DNA of 64,000 bases from a bacterium (GCA_031411135.1 JANOAN010000009.1:7175-71174); one strand, 5' to 3'. Counted from the first letter of the stretch, positions 1 to 10,438 are shown. The notes: generated by a model from the sequence alone, not told the origin. Translations and numbers: made by a program.

Positions 1-148
1 TTTTATCAGCGCTATCTTTGAAAGCACTAAAAATACTGCACTCAAAGATAGGGCCGAATTTCCAATATAAAAAACTTAAATTTCTATCCAAAACAATACT
101 ACACAAAAAAGACCCCGTAAAGGGGTCATTTTTGTCCATGGTTTTTAT

Positions 149-185
149 AAAAAAACGCGGAACCTCCTTTCGAAGGTTCCGCGTT
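149..185 (-). terminator. Intrinsic terminator of the 206..706 gene
   Basis: Minus strand ACGCGGAACCT-loop-AGGTTCCGCGT followed by a T run. Confidence 0.8.
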
Positions 186-205
186 GTGAATTGCTCGTCG
201 GCCGA

Positions 206-706
206 TCAGTCGTGGTCGTCGTCGTGATCGTGATGATTCGGGTTTTCACCAACCGCAGTGATCTGTCTCGCAACGATCGCGAAGCGGTTAGTCATCACGA
301 AGATGGATTCGACGAGACCGAAGGCTAGCATGGCCCACATGGTCGTATTACTGGGGTCGAAGTGACCCTGCATGATTTGAACCACGAAGACCACCACGAC
401 GGTTGTCCATTCCAAGAGCCCTGTGATCTGGTCGAGGAGGAATGCCCCCTTGCCCAGTTCGTGGGTTGTCATGGTTTTGGCGATCTCAAACATGAGAACG
501 ATGAACGTGATGCCGAAGAAGACCAGTTCGGCAGTGTGTCCCGGCTTCCATCCGTAGAGCGTAAGGGTCGCCCATGTGGCGACCAAGATCACAGCGCTCC
601 AGGTAAAGAGATGCCGGGAGTGTCGCGCAATGGCCATGATGCGGCCAAAGATCGACTTGCGTGGTTTTGCGGTTTTTGCGGGTGTTGGTGTTGCGGTAGT
701 TGTCAT
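206..706 (-). CDS. Orphan membrane protein (~4 TM) with His/Asp-rich C-terminus
   Basis: 166-aa ORF, hydrophobic segments, own promoter and terminator, ends HHDHDDDHD. Confidence 0.75.
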   Translation of the reverse strand: MTTTATPTPAKTAKPRKSIFGRIMAIARHSRHLFTWSAVILVATWATLTLYGWKPGHTAELVFFGITFIVLMFEIAKTMTTHELGKGAFLLDQITGLLEWTTVVVVFVVQIMQGHFDPSNTTMWAMLAFGLVESIFVMTNRFAIVARQITAVGENPNHHDHDDDHD

Positions 707-741
707 GAGTCTGGTTGTTGGTTGTGAACCGTAAGCAATTT

Positions 742-845
742 TTAGTTACGGGTTTTCAAAGTAAATACATATTTACCCTCAAAACCCGTAACTAATCTAT
801 TAAAGAACTTTGTAATATAGTACACTAGATATAGCAATTTGTCAA
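742..845 (-). promoter_or_regulatory. sigma70 promoter + boxA-like motif + long leader hairpin
   Basis: TTGACA(845-840)-17-TACTAT(822-817), GTTCTTTAA (808-800), long inverted repeat 742-795. Confidence 0.75.
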
Positions 846-860
846 TGTAACGTAATCAAC

Positions 861-893
861 AAAAAAAAGCGACCTTTCGATCGCTCTTTTTAT
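861..893 (-). terminator. Terminator downstream of rpmA
   Basis: AGCGA..TCGCT stem flanked by A and T runs. Confidence 0.6.
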
Positions 894-898
894 TCTTT

Positions 899-1171
899 CT
901 ACTCTACCTCTACTGTTCGCTTCTTTGTAATTGTATTGTCGAAGTTTACCTTTCGCTTTGTACCGTATTTTACAGTACCTTCTTTCTTTGCATATAAAGT
1001 GTGGTCAGATCCGACACCTACGTTTTTACCAGCCATGATTTTAGTACCACGCTGTCGTACGATAATAGATCCTGCAGATGCCTTTTCTCCTGCATAGAGT
1101 TTAATACCCAAGTACTGTGGGTTAGAGTCGGTGAGGTTTTTAGCGCTACCTCCAGCTTTTTTGGTTGCCAT
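899..1171 (-). CDS. rpmA: 50S ribosomal protein L27
   Basis: MATKKAGGS..., [19 protein letters not shown] motifs. Confidence 0.97.
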   Translation of the reverse strand: MATKKAGGSAKNLTDSNPQYLGIKLYAGEKASAGSIIVRQRGTKIMAGKNVGVGSDHTLYAKKEGTVKYGTKRKVNFDNTITKKRTVEVE

Positions 1172-1245
1172 TTTATAAGTATTTTAAGATTTCTTAATGT
1201 GTGGAGAATAGTATACCTAATTATACAACTTAATCAAGTCTTAAT

Positions 1246-1452
1246 ATGAGAAAAATCCTTTGGCCAGTAATTGCAACAGTTTCATTGGTTTTGAGTACCT
1301 ATGCCTTTATTTTAGGCTCTAAAGTCATTAAAAGTAGCCAAAACGCACCTCCAATTTACATAACTTATCCGGAAGGGTACAAGGATTTACCAGATTTACC
1401 ACCAAAACCCAAAACCATCAAGACCAAGAAGTCAAAGCTTGAAAAACCCTAA
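1246..1452 (+). CDS. Small membrane-anchored hypothetical protein
   Basis: 68 aa, N-terminal TM, Pro/Lys-rich tail. Confidence 0.5.
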   Translation: MRKILWPVIATVSLVLSTYAFILGSKVIKSSQNAPPIYITYPEGYKDLPDLPPKPKTIKTKKSKLEKP

Positions 1453-1687
1453 AAATGTGGTTTCATACAATTCGAGATTATACCCTTATTTAAAGTCATT
1501 TAATAGCACATTCTACATGCAAAATCGCCTTAAAAGCATTGACAGGAGACTTCAGACGTGCTAGTATGTTTGAGTACCACATGACAGCATGTGGTTTTAT
1601 TGTGCAAGCGTTTAAACCTGCCTCATCTGACAAACGCATTATTAATTAAGGAATTGGCTTATTTTACAACTATCTATCGGACTAGCT

Positions 1688-2143
1688 ATGCTTGCTTCAG
1701 GATTCTTGGGTAACAGCCAACCGGTTGAAACCGCAGAAGCCACAACAACCATCGCTATTACTGCAACCACAACAGCGAACCTTAACATCAATAAAAACTA
1801 CAACTTGGCACAGAAGGTAAGAAACTTTACCTCTGATAAGCCATTGATGGCAGAAATTGCCTCATGTGAATCTCACTTTAGACAGTACGAAAAGAATGGA
1901 TCAGTTCTTCGAGGACGAGTAAATAACAAGGATGTCGGACTATTCCAGATCAATGAGTACTACCACCTAGAACGATCAAAAAAACTTGGGTACGATATCT
2001 ATTCAGTAGAAGGGAACATGGCCTATGCTAGACGCCTTTATAGTGAAGAGGGTCCAACCCCTTGGTCATCATCGTCTCCTTGTTGGTCAAAGACTACTGC
2101 GTACAAAGACTACCAGTTAGCAAGTCAGCTTGCGGTTAAGTAA
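1688..2143 (+). CDS. Lytic transglycosylase/lysozyme-like (SLT) secreted protein
   Basis: IASCES catalytic Glu, DVGLFQIN, GNMAYA..., PW motifs. Confidence 0.8.
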   Translation: MLASGFLGNSQPVETAEATTTIAITATTTANLNINKNYNLAQKVRNFTSDKPLMAEIASCESHFRQYEKNGSVLRGRVNNKDVGLFQINEYYHLERSKKLGYDIYSVEGNMAYARRLYSEEGPTPWSSSSPCWSKTTAYKDYQLASQLAVK

Positions 2144-2147
2144 AAGA

Positions 2148-2202
2148 TACCTAAAAACAAAAATACCTTCATTAAATATGAGGGTATTTTTGTTTTTAGG
2201 TA
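2148..2202 (+). terminator. Long inverted-repeat terminator
   Basis: ~25-bp near-perfect stem with T-rich 3' arm after the SLT gene. Confidence 0.75.
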
Positions 2203-2346
2203 ATTATTGAAAATTTAGAGTTATCAACAGTATATACTAAAAACCTTGACTTAATATTTTATTAACTGCATAATTAAGCTCGGATACTGGATGTGCAATG
2301 CATGTTCAGAGAGGGTAGTGAAATTCAACCTCAACTACGGAAACAA

Positions 2347-2994
2347 ATGAACAAACTGCTTCTACTGTGGCTTTTAGCCACGTCAGCTATGGTGGCAAGT
2401 GCTACCCCTGTCTCGTACTCTGGACACACTTCATCCGGAAGTGCGAATGACCCGATCACTGGTGGTCAGTTCACCTACGACACTGGTTTGAACTTTGACT
2501 ATGAAATCCGCCTGTTTCCATACGGTGATGGACAGTTCATCACAATATTCGTCTACCCTCGGAATAATCCGGGAATGGTGGAAAGGTTCACCATTGGGGC
2601 GGGTATGCCACTAGCGCAAAGTCCCGGCAACCTGCCGATCGGTGTTGAAATCCCATCGTCGATGGACGGTGTCCTCGGTGATAACACTATCGCGTACGGA
2701 GCTATTAACAGTTCGATCTACTCACCTACGTCCACGGGACTGGGTTACATCAAGATCCTGGGCTACACTCCGGGTACACTTCTGAGCGGGATCGATACCA
2801 GTTTAGCGGTCGAAATGCGCCAGATTACTACTGGCACAGACGGTTTGCCGTCAGTGTCAGATGCGACACTGTGGTACAACTACACTACGATACCCGTGTC
2901 GGCACCTACACCAGAATTGGGGAGTGCGGTTCTGCTTATTATAGGGTTTGTGTGCCTCGTGATACTTCGTCACCGAAAAATCCGAACAGAGTGA
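2347..2994 (+). CDS. Secreted protein with PEP-CTERM-like C-terminal sorting signal
   Basis: Signal peptide MNKLLLLWLLATSAMVASA; C-term PTPELGS-TM-RHRK; start refined to ATG 2347. Confidence 0.75.
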   Translation: MNKLLLLWLLATSAMVASATPVSYSGHTSSGSANDPITGGQFTYDTGLNFDYEIRLFPYGDGQFITIFVYPRNNPGMVERFTIGAGMPLAQSPGNLPIGVEIPSSMDGVLGDNTIAYGAINSSIYSPTSTGLGYIKILGYTPGTLLSGIDTSLAVEMRQITTGTDGLPSVSDATLWYNYTTIPVSAPTPELGSAVLLIIGFVCLVILRHRKIRTE

Positions 2995-3018
2995 CAGCAC
3001 AGTTCGGAAGAAGATCAA

Positions 3019-3066
3019 GAACCCAGGCCTCGTTGCCACCGCAACGACGCCTGGGTTTTCTTTTTA
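3019..3066 (+). terminator. Intrinsic terminator
   Basis: AACCCAGGC-TCGTTGC...GCAACGA-GCCTGGGTT plus T tract. Confidence 0.8.
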
Positions 3067-3101
3067 TGCACATAATCATATCTGATATATAATGCCTTCA
3101 C

Positions 3102-4817
3102 ATGACCCAAGAACAAGCACTGGATATCTTAAAAATGGGTTACAACGCCTACATAACCGGCCCTGCAGGAAGCGGTAAGACCTACGTCTTAAATAAGTAT
3201 ATTTCATACCTTAAAAATAAAAATGTTGAAATTGGTGTCACTGCTTCAACTGGTATTGCAGCAACTCATATAGGTGGAGTAACGATTCATTCGTGGACTG
3301 GGATGGGAATCAAAAGTGTTTTGACTGAATATGATATTGAAGCGCTTCAAGAAAAACAATATTTATGGAAGCGCTTCGAAAAAGTAAAAGTGTTGGTCAT
3401 CGACGAAATCTCTATGCTTCATCATTTTCGATTGGACTTGGTGGATAAAGTTTGTAAAGGTTTCAAGAGAAACAATAAGCCATTTGGTGGCATACAGGTA
3501 ATATTGTGTGGAGATTTTTTTCAGTTGCCACCAGTTTCAACCTCGTTTGATGAGGCAGGATATTTTGTCTACCACTCCGAATCATGGAAAAATAGTAACT
3601 TTAAAATTTGCTACCTTGAAGAACAACACCGTCAATTAGACAATGCAACCATTTCTATTTTAAATGAAATTCGAAATAACAATGTAAGCCAGAAAAGCTT
3701 TGAAATACTACAGAGTAAAATTGCATTACCACACACTGATGTAGACGGAGCTTTTTCACCAACCAGACTTTATACACATAATGTCGACGTAGACATGATT
3801 AATTATAAGGAATTAGAAAAGATAAAAACAGATGAAAAAACTTTTGAAATGATTTCAAGGGGAGGGGACTTGCTTGTGGACTTATTAAAAAAATCTTGTC
3901 TTGCACTTCCAAAAATAAAATTAAAAGTCGGAGCGAAAGTCATGTTTGTGAAAAATAATTTTGAAGTTGGATATGTAAACGGAACACTTGGAACCGTAAC
4001 CGCGATTGGCAAAAACGGGCCGGTTGTTCGGACTTATAAAGGCCAGATTATCGACGTTGAGCCAGCAAGTTGGAAAATTGAAGAGGATGGAAAGGTAAAA
4101 GCAGAAATCACTCAATACCCACTTCGTCTTGCTTGGGCCATCACAGTTCATAAAAGCCAAGGAATGAGCCTTGATTACGTCGAGGTGGACCTCTCAAAAT
4201 CATTTGAGAGGGGAATGGGGTATGTGGCACTTTCCAGAGTTCGCTCGATTGATGGGCTTCGAATTATTGGACTCAACGACACTGCATTAAAAGTAAGTGA
4301 CGAAGTCGTGGAATTCGACGAAGAACTTCGAGAAAAATCAGCTAACACTGTGAGGGGATTTATGGATCTTGAAAAATTAGAAGTTAAAAAACGCCAAACC
4401 GACTTTCTAAAAAACATTGGTGCAGAAAACACTGACCCTGATGATGTGGCAAAAAACACATCAACAAAAAAGACAAAGAAACCTGGCACGTTTGAACTCA
4501 CAAAAAATTTAATCTTAGAAGAACGTTCACTCGACGACATTTCGCATATTAGAAATTTAAAAGTAGAGACCATTCTAGAGCATTGTGAAAAAATTCTTAA
4601 GGAGGATCCTCTGTTTGATTTTTCAACATTATACAAGGCTGTGAGTATTAGAAAGCAAACTAGAATTATCGAAGCTTTCAAAAAAGCTCATAAAATTTCA
4701 GGAAAATTTAACCTAGAAAAGGCAACTTTGGCACCAGTAAAACATCTTTTAGATGGAACCTTCAGTTATGTAGAAATTCGAACAGTGCGGATGATGTTAT
4801 TTCAGGATATGATATAA
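3102..4817 (+). CDS. PIF1/RecD-family SF1B helicase with C-terminal HTH
   Basis: GPAGSGKT Walker A, IDEISM, GDFFQLPPV, AWAITVHKSQGMS, YVALSRVR. Confidence 0.92.
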   Translation: MTQEQALDILKMGYNAYITGPAGSGKTYVLNKYISYLKNKNVEIGVTASTGIAATHIGGVTIHSWTGMGIKSVLTEYDIEALQEKQYLWKRFEKVKVLVIDEISMLHHFRLDLVDKVCKGFKRNNKPFGGIQVILCGDFFQLPPVSTSFDEAGYFVYHSESWKNSNFKICYLEEQHRQLDNATISILNEIRNNNVSQKSFEILQSKIALPHTDVDGAFSPTRLYTHNVDVDMINYKELEKIKTDEKTFEMISRGGDLLVDLLKKSCLALPKIKLKVGAKVMFVKNNFEVGYVNGTLGTVTAIGKNGPVVRTYKGQIIDVEPASWKIEEDGKVKAEITQYPLRLAWAITVHKSQGMSLDYVEVDLSKSFERGMGYVALSRVRSIDGLRIIGLNDTALKVSDEVVEFDEELREKSANTVRGFMDLEKLEVKKRQTDFLKNIGAENTDPDDVAKNTSTKKTKKPGTFELTKNLILEERSLDDISHIRNLKVETILEHCEKILKEDPLFDFSTLYKAVSIRKQTRIIEAFKKAHKISGKFNLEKATLAPVKHLLDGTFSYVEIRTVRMMLFQDMI

Positions 4818-4864
4818 TTTAGTCGCGCTTCAATCGTCATTGCGCGATCTGATTTTGCAAAATC

Positions 4865-5347
4865 ATGAATTTCATAACAACTTACATATACCCAATTTTT
4901 GTTTACTTACCAACAGTTCTTCTCATTACATATTGTTTAAGTGAAATGGTCTGGTCTCACAGACTTAACAATCATCCTTCTTGGGTTTTTACAAAATCTT
5001 TTTTTCTTTTAATGGGAACTTCGGTTTCGTATTTAGCCATCTCGATGGGGAACAATGATTCAAATTTTTACATGCCACATATTTTGAATTTCTTTTTCCT
5101 ATACGCAGTTATTCTTTTTAGTATACTTTCGGCTGCTTATATTTTAAAGCTTTTAAGGGTCACTTGGTCTCATGAATTTAATATAGTTCAACAAAAGCAT
5201 AATTTAGGAAGCCTGGTGATCCGTCTTTTAATTAGAACTCAAAAGTTTATTTTGGACACACATTTTGCTCAAGTAATCGCTTTCGTAGGACTTTTACTGG
5301 TACTTATGGGTCTTTTGTTTGGACAAATAGTCACCTCACTCAGGTAG
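4865..5347 (+). CDS. Hypothetical multi-pass membrane protein
   Basis: 160 aa, about 4 hydrophobic segments; preceded by conserved leader motif. Confidence 0.7.
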   Translation: MNFITTYIYPIFVYLPTVLLITYCLSEMVWSHRLNNHPSWVFTKSFFLLMGTSVSYLAISMGNNDSNFYMPHILNFFFLYAVILFSILSAAYILKLLRVTWSHEFNIVQQKHNLGSLVIRLLIRTQKFILDTHFAQVIAFVGLLLVLMGLLFGQIVTSLR

Positions 5348-5456
5348 TTGACAAATATTTAAAATAGTAGGATAATAGTAACATAAGGTTCTTTTATAAA
5401 GCTCGTTGGATGCAATAAGGGCAGGGTATTAGCCTTTTCTTATTGCATCCTGCGGG
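5348..5456 (+). promoter_or_regulatory. sigma70 promoter + boxA-like motif + G-U-rich leader hairpin
   Basis: TTGACA(5348)-17-GATAAT(5371), GTTCTTTTA (5388), hairpin 5408-5450. Confidence 0.75.
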
Positions 5457-5495
5457 AATCCTTCCTCAGGGGCAAAACCCACTACTAATAACCGT

Positions 5496-5696
5496 ATGAA
5501 AACTCTAGCGGATTTAATAGCCATTGGAACGGTGATAGTTTGCTTCATTGGCTTAGTCAAAGTCACTGATGAGGCCACGCGGTACTTCGCAACTACCAAC
5601 CCGGTCCCGAAAGAAAACAAGGAGAGAAAACTCTCCCCAAAGAAGGAACTAAAGGTCTACGACCCGCAATATCTTGCAGGTCTTAAGAACTTCTAG
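5496..5696 (+). CDS. Small orphan membrane-anchored protein
   Basis: 66 aa, N-terminal TM, own promoter and terminator hairpin (5706-5771). Confidence 0.6.
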   Translation: MKTLADLIAIGTVIVCFIGLVKVTDEATRYFATTNPVPKENKERKLSPKKELKVYDPQYLAGLKNF

Positions 5697-5904
5697 ATAC
5701 AACAACACCCACGCGTGGCGCTGCCGAGTCCTAGTCAGGATTCCGCAGTGCTCGCGAGTTGGGTGTTTTTTAATAGAGGGGATATAGGGCCAAAGTATAT
5801 ATACATGTCGCACAATATATCTTTTGCGACATAAGTACCTATAGAATACAGAAACCACTTCCCCGATAATATATTTAAAAATAGATAGGTTTTAAACCTT
5901 AACT

Positions 5905-6162
5905 TTACATCCCGGTACTACTTGCAGTTCCACTACTATTGGCCACTTCTCTTACAAAAACTAAAATTTGCAACAAATCATTCCATACCAAAATCAAAAT
6001 ATCTTTTACATATAATGCAAATTCTCTAACTGCGGGCTTGGATAACACACTTACTACATTTATGCCCAACAAATGAAGCATTACGATAGAAATAACTATT
6101 GCAACAATGAATTCAACGAATCCTCCAGATTGATTGCGGTATCCTTTAAAGTTTTTCTTCAT
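5905..6162 (-). CDS. Small membrane protein, pilin-like N-terminus
   Basis: QSGGFVEFIVAIVISI resembles a type IV prepilin-like leader; directly follows asnB. Confidence 0.6.
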   Translation of the reverse strand: MKKNFKGYRNQSGGFVEFIVAIVISIVMLHLLGINVVSVLSKPAVREFALYVKDILILVWNDLLQILVFVREVANSSGTASSTGM

Positions 6163-6163
6163 T

Positions 6164-8032
6164 TTATTTTCCTGTTAAAAGTCGGGCTAATTGAGTCTGA
6201 TCTATAGCTTTTATGTATATATCATACCATAACGCCAACATGAGTAGAATAAAGATCCGGCGTGAGTTATCCACTTTAAAAGGATCGTGGGTTTTAAATA
6301 GTAGATCTACTGAATCCACATTAAAATCTGACTTTATAAGCTCGTTATTAAGTACATAAGCCTTTATCGCATCCGGATTATCCTTCAGCCAATGCTTTAT
6401 AGGTGTTGGAAAGCCCAATTTTTTGCGTCCTGAAGTGGTTTCTGGCAGAATTCCTTTGAAAGCTTGACGTAAGGCATATTTCGTGGTTTTTCCTTTATAT
6501 TTCAAAACATCCGGGATAGTTGAAGAGACTTTGTAAACTTCCATATCAAGAAACGGCACACGAGCTTCTAACGAATGCGCCATCGTCATTTTGTCGGCCT
6601 TTGCTAGAATATCTCCAGTCAACCAGTAGTTTATATCAACCATTTGCATCTTTTTTGAATCAGACAAATTAGTAATTTTTTTATAAAAAGGAGAGAGGAG
6701 ATCAGCACTTCCCTGCCCACTTCCCTCTTTTAATAGTGAACCAATCTCAGACGTTGAAAAAACGCGTGCGTTACCGATATATCGCTCTTCAATTGATAAA
6801 AGCGATCGTTTTAAATAATTTTTTCCAAAGAAGTTAAACGGAAGCTTTGTTAATGGTTTTATAATAAATCGAGGAATCCATGATATAGCATTTAGTGCAA
6901 AAGGTTCTCGGTAAATATTATATCCTCCAAATAGTTCATCCGAGCCCTCGCCAGACAAAACTACCTTAACTTTTTTAGAAGCTTCGCGAGCTAGAAAATA
7001 CAAAGCTACCGCCGAAGGATCTGCCACTGGTTGATCAAAGTGCCATGCAATATTTGGTAAGTTTTTTAAATATTCATTAAAATCAACTTTTATTTCCGTA
7101 TGATTTGTACCTAATACATCTGAAACCTCACGGGCCTCTCTTTGTTCACTTACTTCATCAAAACCGATAGTAAAAGTCTGTACCGGATCCAGTCCGTTCT
7201 CTTTTCGAATTTTTTGCATCAACGTCACGATAACCGCGCTATCAATTCCACCTGAGAGAAATGCTCCAACCGGCACATCAGAGATCATGTGATGCTCGAC
7301 TGAGTCTTTCATGACATTAAAAATATCTTTTGAAAAATCCTTATCGCTATCTGCGCCAAACTGATACTCCCAATATTTTTTCACTTCATACGAGTTATTA
7401 TTTAAATCAATCTTCAAAAAGTGTCCCGATGGAAGTGTGTAAATATCTTTAAAAAACGTTTCTTTAAGAGGGTTATATTGAAACTCCATATATAGTGATA
7501 AAGCTTTTCTATTTAGCTCTCTCTTATATCTTTCATCCTTCAAAAGTGCCTTAATCTCAGAAGCATAACCAACCACAACTCCCTTTTCTAATCGATAATA
7601 AATCGGTTTAATTCCGAATTGATCTCGTGCAATAAACAAAATATTTTTCTTTTGGTCATAAATAGAAAATCCAAACATTCCTCGCAATTTATTCAGCATT
7701 TCTTCGCCGTATTCTTCGTATGCATGCACTAAAGTCTCCGTATCGCTTTCGGTCTTAAAAATGTGACCCTTAGACTTCAAATCCACTGACAATTCTTTGT
7801 AGTTATAAATCTCCCCGTTAAAAACAATCGTCACTGTGCCGTCCTCATTTGAAATTGGTTGATGTCCTCGCGACAAATCAATAATAGACAATCGACGCAT
7901 CCCAAAAGCAAACTTATCCTCAATTAAAAAACCGTCATCGTCCGGTCCTCGATGTTTAATTTCATCCACCATCAATTTGATGGCTTTCTCACTAATACTT
8001 TTTTCCGCTATAATTCCTGCAATTCCGCACAT
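6164..8032 (-). CDS. asnB: Asparagine synthase (glutamine-hydrolyzing) family amidotransferase
   Basis: MCGIAG N-terminal Cys, HRGPD, RRLSIID, FNGEIYN, LSGGIDS, SGEGSDELFGGY. Confidence 0.95.
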   Translation of the reverse strand: MCGIAGIIAEKSISEKAIKLMVDEIKHRGPDDDGFLIEDKFAFGMRRLSIIDLSRGHQPISNEDGTVTIVFNGEIYNYKELSVDLKSKGHIFKTESDTETLVHAYEEYGEEMLNKLRGMFGFSIYDQKKNILFIARDQFGIKPIYYRLEKGVVVGYASEIKALLKDERYKRELNRKALSLYMEFQYNPLKETFFKDIYTLPSGHFLKIDLNNNSYEVKKYWEYQFGADSDKDFSKDIFNVMKDSVEHHMISDVPVGAFLSGGIDSAVIVTLMQKIRKENGLDPVQTFTIGFDEVSEQREAREVSDVLGTNHTEIKVDFNEYLKNLPNIAWHFDQPVADPSAVALYFLAREASKKVKVVLSGEGSDELFGGYNIYREPFALNAISWIPRFIIKPLTKLPFNFFGKNYLKRSLLSIEERYIGNARVFSTSEIGSLLKEGSGQGSADLLSPFYKKITNLSDSKKMQMVDINYWLTGDILAKADKMTMAHSLEARVPFLDMEVYKVSSTIPDVLKYKGKTTKYALRQAFKGILPETTSGRKKLGFPTPIKHWLKDNPDAIKAYVLNNELIKSDFNVDSVDLLFKTHDPFKVDNSRRIFILLMLALWYDIYIKAIDQTQLARLLTGK

Positions 8033-8037
8033 AAGTT

Positions 8038-9312
8038 TTATTTTTTAGGAGGTAAATATAACATAGGGTCTAAATACGCATCAACCGCTGAAACTGGCAT
8101 TGTTAGGCTTTTTCCAGGGCAGGACGCGCTTGGTCTAGTCTGCACGTTTACCGCTGTTGCCACATAAACACTAAGGTGTAGGTGAGGCCCTGTGCTATAG
8201 CCCGTATTTCCACTATAGCCGATAATTTGTCCTGCATCCACCTTATCACCCGCTTTAACACTTATGACCGACATATGGCCATATGTGGCCGCTAAACCGT
8301 TGTTAAACTTGATAAGTACCCATTTACCGAAAGACACCCTTCTACAATCTATATCTGTATCCCCTGTTCCTGCTACAATCCCAGAAGCGACTGCTTTTAA
8401 AGTTGTCCCAACAGGTACGCCAAAATCCATTCCATTGTGAGAGCCTGAAAGATACAATCTCTTACCTGCAGCAGTTTTTCCGAATAGTTGAGTAATTCGA
8501 ACATCATCTACTGGCCACATTAATGCCGATGAACCTGATTGCGGAATACTATTTGGATCAAGCTGAAACTTAATTTTAGATTCATAGTCGAAGATTTCCT
8601 TTTCGAATGCAATTTTTTTAGCAGTCGCATCAGCCAGAAGTTTTTGATACGCCGCTTCTTCTGACTTTGTATCAGTTAATGTCTTCTGCTGCTCAGTTTT
8701 TGTAACTTCAACTACCTTTTTCTTGCCCGTCAATTCCTTTTGCAAATCAGCTAATTCCTGCTTGGTTTTTTCTACTGCGGTTTTATTAGTCTCAAGTTTT
8801 TGCTTTTCATTTTTAATCTGAGAAACTTTATCTTGGATACCTGCATTAAATTGGTCTTGTTCATCAAGCTTTACAAAGAAATCAGAAAAGTTTTTATTGT
8901 TCAGTAAGTTGATAACTACGTGAAAATTATCATTCTGGGAAATCTCTCTAAGGCTCTTTTCCAAACCATCATGTAATGTATCTATCTTATTCTTTGAATC
9001 AGTAATTTTCGAAGAGAGTTGTTTAATGTTTAAGTTGGCAGAATCAATTTTGGTTTGAATTTTAGTAATCTCCAGGGTCAGTGCTTTTCGACTTTGTTCT
9101 AAAACAGTGAGCTGCTGTTTTAGACTCGCCCCTTTATCACTCGCCTGGGAGGCGAGGTTCTGATACTTGGCAATTTCAACATTCAAAGCCTGGATTTTCT
9201 GATTCTTATCGTCAATTTCTCTTTGAAGTGCAGCCACGTCCACACTCTGGGCACTTGCAAAAGGTGCTACAACAAGAAGTATTATTAAAATAAAAAGCTT
9301 ATTCATTTTCAT
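8038..9312 (-). CDS. Coiled-coil M23 peptidase (EnvC/NlpD-like peptidoglycan endopeptidase)
   Basis: Signal peptide, long coiled coil, HNGMDF, YGH, STGPHLH. Confidence 0.9.
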   Translation of the reverse strand: MKMNKLFILIILLVVAPFASAQSVDVAALQREIDDKNQKIQALNVEIAKYQNLASQASDKGASLKQQLTVLEQSRKALTLEITKIQTKIDSANLNIKQLSSKITDSKNKIDTLHDGLEKSLREISQNDNFHVVINLLNNKNFSDFFVKLDEQDQFNAGIQDKVSQIKNEKQKLETNKTAVEKTKQELADLQKELTGKKKVVEVTKTEQQKTLTDTKSEEAAYQKLLADATAKKIAFEKEIFDYESKIKFQLDPNSIPQSGSSALMWPVDDVRITQLFGKTAAGKRLYLSGSHNGMDFGVPVGTTLKAVASGIVAGTGDTDIDCRRVSFGKWVLIKFNNGLAATYGHMSVISVKAGDKVDAGQIIGYSGNTGYSTGPHLHLSVYVATAVNVQTRPSASCPGKSLTMPVSAVDAYLDPMLYLPPKK

Positions 9313-10429
9313 GGGAAAGGCCTATTTTAAGAAGCTCTTTCGCAATGATGTGTGCTGCATCTTTTTTGGCGATTTTTTGAGTAGCAATTCGCATTCTATC
9401 GCTTATGTTTGGATTTTGAACAATTCGGTCAATTTCGTTAGCAATAATTTGCGGACTTAAGTTTGACTCTTCAATAACAACAGCGGCACCTTCACGGGCA
9501 TAATTGTAGGCATTTTTTCGCTGATGATCCCCATTTGAATTAGTGATTGGTACAATAATACTTGGAAGGCCCCAACATGCGATTTCAAAAATAGTTCCTC
9601 CACCTCTTGAAATTACTACCGAAGCACAGCCTGCGCTCATGCGAAGTGCGATAGTCGAAAGATAGTCAAACGGTCGATAACGTTCTTTGTGTGGGTGACC
9701 TTCAAGGGCAACGTCAGCAATGCCTTTAACACTCTCGATGTTGGCTTTTCCAACTTGATGAATCACTTGATATTTATTTAGTAAACCAGGTAGAGCATTC
9801 AAAATAGAATCATTGATAATTTGAGCTCCAGTTGAACCTCCCAAAATTAAAATAATGGGGACATTGGGTTCCAAATTTAAATATTCTAAAGCACCAGTGC
9901 TTAACACTTCACGAATTTCTTTTCGCACTGGTTGTCCTGTGTATGCCACTTTGTCTTTTGGAAAAAATTCTGCAGCTTCTTTAAATGAGACAGCTACTTT
10001 GTATGCAAATTTTCCTGCCCAAGCATTTACGCGACCAGGAACGCTGTCTGAATCATGAATGACCAACGGAATGCGCAAAATTCGGGCAGCCATATATGCT
10101 GGAAAACTTGAAAATGCCCCTTTCCCGAAAACCACATCTGGAAAAATAATAAACATTTTTATAAGTGCTACTACGCATCCCCATCCCATCTTGAAATAGT
10201 CAACAAAGTTTAGAATGGATTTATATAGGCGCTTCTTTCCCGCTGGAACTTTTTCAAATCGAATATCCAAGTCAAAAAGCTCTTTTTCATTGTATGGAGA
10301 GCCTGACATGAAATAAATATTCGGGTCCAGTATCTTCTCCTCTCGGGCGGTTTCCCTGATTGCTTCAGCCACGGCAATTAGAGGGTAAAAATGCCCGCCA
10401 CTTCCCCCTCCTGTCATCAAGATTTTCAT
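9299..10429 (-). CDS. murG: Lipid II GlcNAc transferase MurG
   Basis: GGGSGGHFYP, GQPVR, GGSTGA, SRGGG, DHQRKNA. Confidence 0.95.
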   Translation of the reverse strand: MKILMTGGGSGGHFYPLIAVAEAIRETAREEKILDPNIYFMSGSPYNEKELFDLDIRFEKVPAGKKRLYKSILNFVDYFKMGWGCVVALIKMFIIFPDVVFGKGAFSSFPAYMAARILRIPLVIHDSDSVPGRVNAWAGKFAYKVAVSFKEAAEFFPKDKVAYTGQPVRKEIREVLSTGALEYLNLEPNVPIILILGGSTGAQIINDSILNALPGLLNKYQVIHQVGKANIESVKGIADVALEGHPHKERYRPFDYLSTIALRMSAGCASVVISRGGGTIFEIACWGLPSIIVPITNSNGDHQRKNAYNYAREGAAVVIEESNLSPQIIANEIDRIVQNPNISDRMRIATQKIAKKDAAHIIAKELLKIGLSHENE

Positions 10430-10438
10430 ATAAAGTTA

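Noticed and set aside
5700-5771. Long imperfect hairpin ending in GTTGGGT, superficially like an integron attC
   Set aside because: No matching RYYYAAC, no integron integrase in the window, and a T tract follows; simpler as a terminator.
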